Virus record (IMG/VR): IMGVR_UViG_3300014890_000016
Span: 1 to 35,973 of that record
DNA: 35,973 bases
Reading direction: 5' to 3' (one strand)
Source: a virus
Taxonomy: Duplodnaviria > Heunggongvirae > Uroviricota > Caudoviricetes
Position 1 is the first letter of the stretch. Every line of letters starts with the position of its first letter. The notes below the pieces were generated by a model, which searched no databases, was not told where the DNA came from, and saw only the letters and a list, made by a program, of their open reading frames with translations. The position numbers and the translations under genes were made by a program. This document shows positions 34,978 through 35,973 of this stretch, piece after piece.

Positions 34978-35973
34978 ATGATACAACCTATTTCCGGCCC
35001 TCCTCCTGGGCAACCACCAGGTCAGGGAGATAACCTGCCGTCTGGCGCGGGCAATCAGCCTTTATCCAGTCAGCAACGTACTTCGCTGGAAAGCTTAATG
35101 ACGAAAGTGACCTCACTGACGCAACAACAAAGAGCAGAACTGTGGGCGGGTATCAGGCACGATATTGGTCTGTCGGGAGATTCACCGCTGCTTTCGCGTC
35201 ACTTTCCTGCCGCTGAGCATAATCTGGCGCAACGTCTGCTGGCCGCGCAAAAAAGCCATTCTGCCCGCCAGCTTTTAGCGCAATTAGGGGAGTATTTACG
35301 TCTGGGGAATAATCGTCAGGCGGTCACGGATTATATCCGTCATAACTTTGGTCAGACGCCGCTGAATCAGCTCTCACCGGAGCAATTAAAAACCATTCTA
35401 ACCCTGTTGCAGGAAGGGAAGATGGTTATTCCGCAACCTCAGCAGCGCGAGGCGACCGACCGTCCGTTATTACCGGCGGAGCACAATGCGCTCAAACAGC
35501 TGGTGACCAAACTTGCGGCGGCAACGGGAGAACCCAGCAAGCAGATCTGGCAATCGATGCTGGAACTTTCCGGGGTGAAAGATGGCGAGTTAATTCCAGC
35601 GAAACTGTTTAACCATCTGGTGACCTGGCTACAGGCGCGTCAGACGCTAAGCCAGCAAAATACGCCGACGCTTGAATCACTCCAGATGGCGCTAAAACAA
35701 CCTTTAGATGCCAGTGAACTGGCGGCGTTATCGGCATATATCCAGCAGAAATATGGCCTTTCTGCGCAATCATCGCTTTCTTCTGCCCAGGCCGAGGATA
35801 TTCTTAATCAGCTTTATCAACGGCGGGTTAAAGGGATTGATCCGCGAGATATACAACCGCTGCTTAATCCTTTTCCACCGATGATGGACACGTTGCAAAA
35901 TATGGCAACGCGTCCCGCGCTGTGGTTACTGTTAGTCGCGATTATCCTGATGCTGGTCTGGCTGGTTCGTTAA
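34978..35973 (+). CDS. flk: Flk-like flagellar regulator with C-terminal membrane anchor (chromosomal)
   Basis: 331 aa; Pro/Gln-rich N-terminus MIQPISGPPPGQPPGQ and hydrophobic tail ALWLLLVAIILMLVWLVR, as recalled for enterobacterial Flk. Confidence 0.55.
   Translation: MIQPISGPPPGQPPGQGDNLPSGAGNQPLSSQQRTSLESLMTKVTSLTQQQRAELWAGIRHDIGLSGDSPLLSRHFPAAEHNLAQRLLAAQKSHSARQLLAQLGEYLRLGNNRQAVTDYIRHNFGQTPLNQLSPEQLKTILTLLQEGKMVIPQPQQREATDRPLLPAEHNALKQLVTKLAAATGEPSKQIWQSMLELSGVKDGELIPAKLFNHLVTWLQARQTLSQQNTPTLESLQMALKQPLDASELAALSAYIQQKYGLSAQSSLSSAQAEDILNQLYQRRVKGIDPRDIQPLLNPFPPMMDTLQNMATRPALWLLLVAIILMLVWLVR

Noticed and set aside
1-35973. Search for CRISPR arrays, tRNA or rRNA genes, IS elements, and tin or old homologues
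   Set aside because: No regularly spaced direct-repeat arrays, cloverleaf-like tRNA candidates, transposase-like ORFs with terminal inverted repeats, or old-type nuclease were recognised by eye; a tRNA scan was not run.

Overview
The window is almost entirely one integrated P2-like (Peduovirus-type) temperate myophage, about 34.8 kb, followed by a chromosomal gene that looks like flk. All protein-family calls are from reading the translations against remembered family motifs and P2/Mu gene order; no database search was run. Layout: a leftward integrase whose 3' end carries an att-like core repeat (1..1005), a leftward C repressor and rightward cox, an early operon of small ORFs ending in the gpA rolling-circle replication protein (5851..8673), an accessory hotspot with an actin-like ParM/ParR-type pair and an Rrf2-family regulator (8750..10701), a leftward terminase-portal-ogr operon (13907..10770), and a rightward late operon (14102..32160) with head genes, tail completion, sheath and tube candidates, an embedded lysis cassette, a frameshifted chaperone, tape measure, baseplate, two tail-fibre genes and a gpD-like hub. 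The right arm carries a second cargo island: a Hok-family type I toxin, an unknown leftward ORF, and a Mu Com-like zinc finger overlapping a DNA methyltransferase. An imperfect copy of the integrase-end repeat at 34793..34815 is the likely attR. The most likely places for something undescribed are the ParM/ParR/Rrf2 cargo at the position where P2 carries tin/old, the tail-fibre-proximal pair 28120..29919, and the hok/com-methylase island. No rRNA, tRNA, CRISPR array or IS element was recognised. Coordinates include stop codons; my hand count disagreed with the ORF track by 1 nt at 21457, so the track was followed and hand-placed small features may be off by 1 nt.
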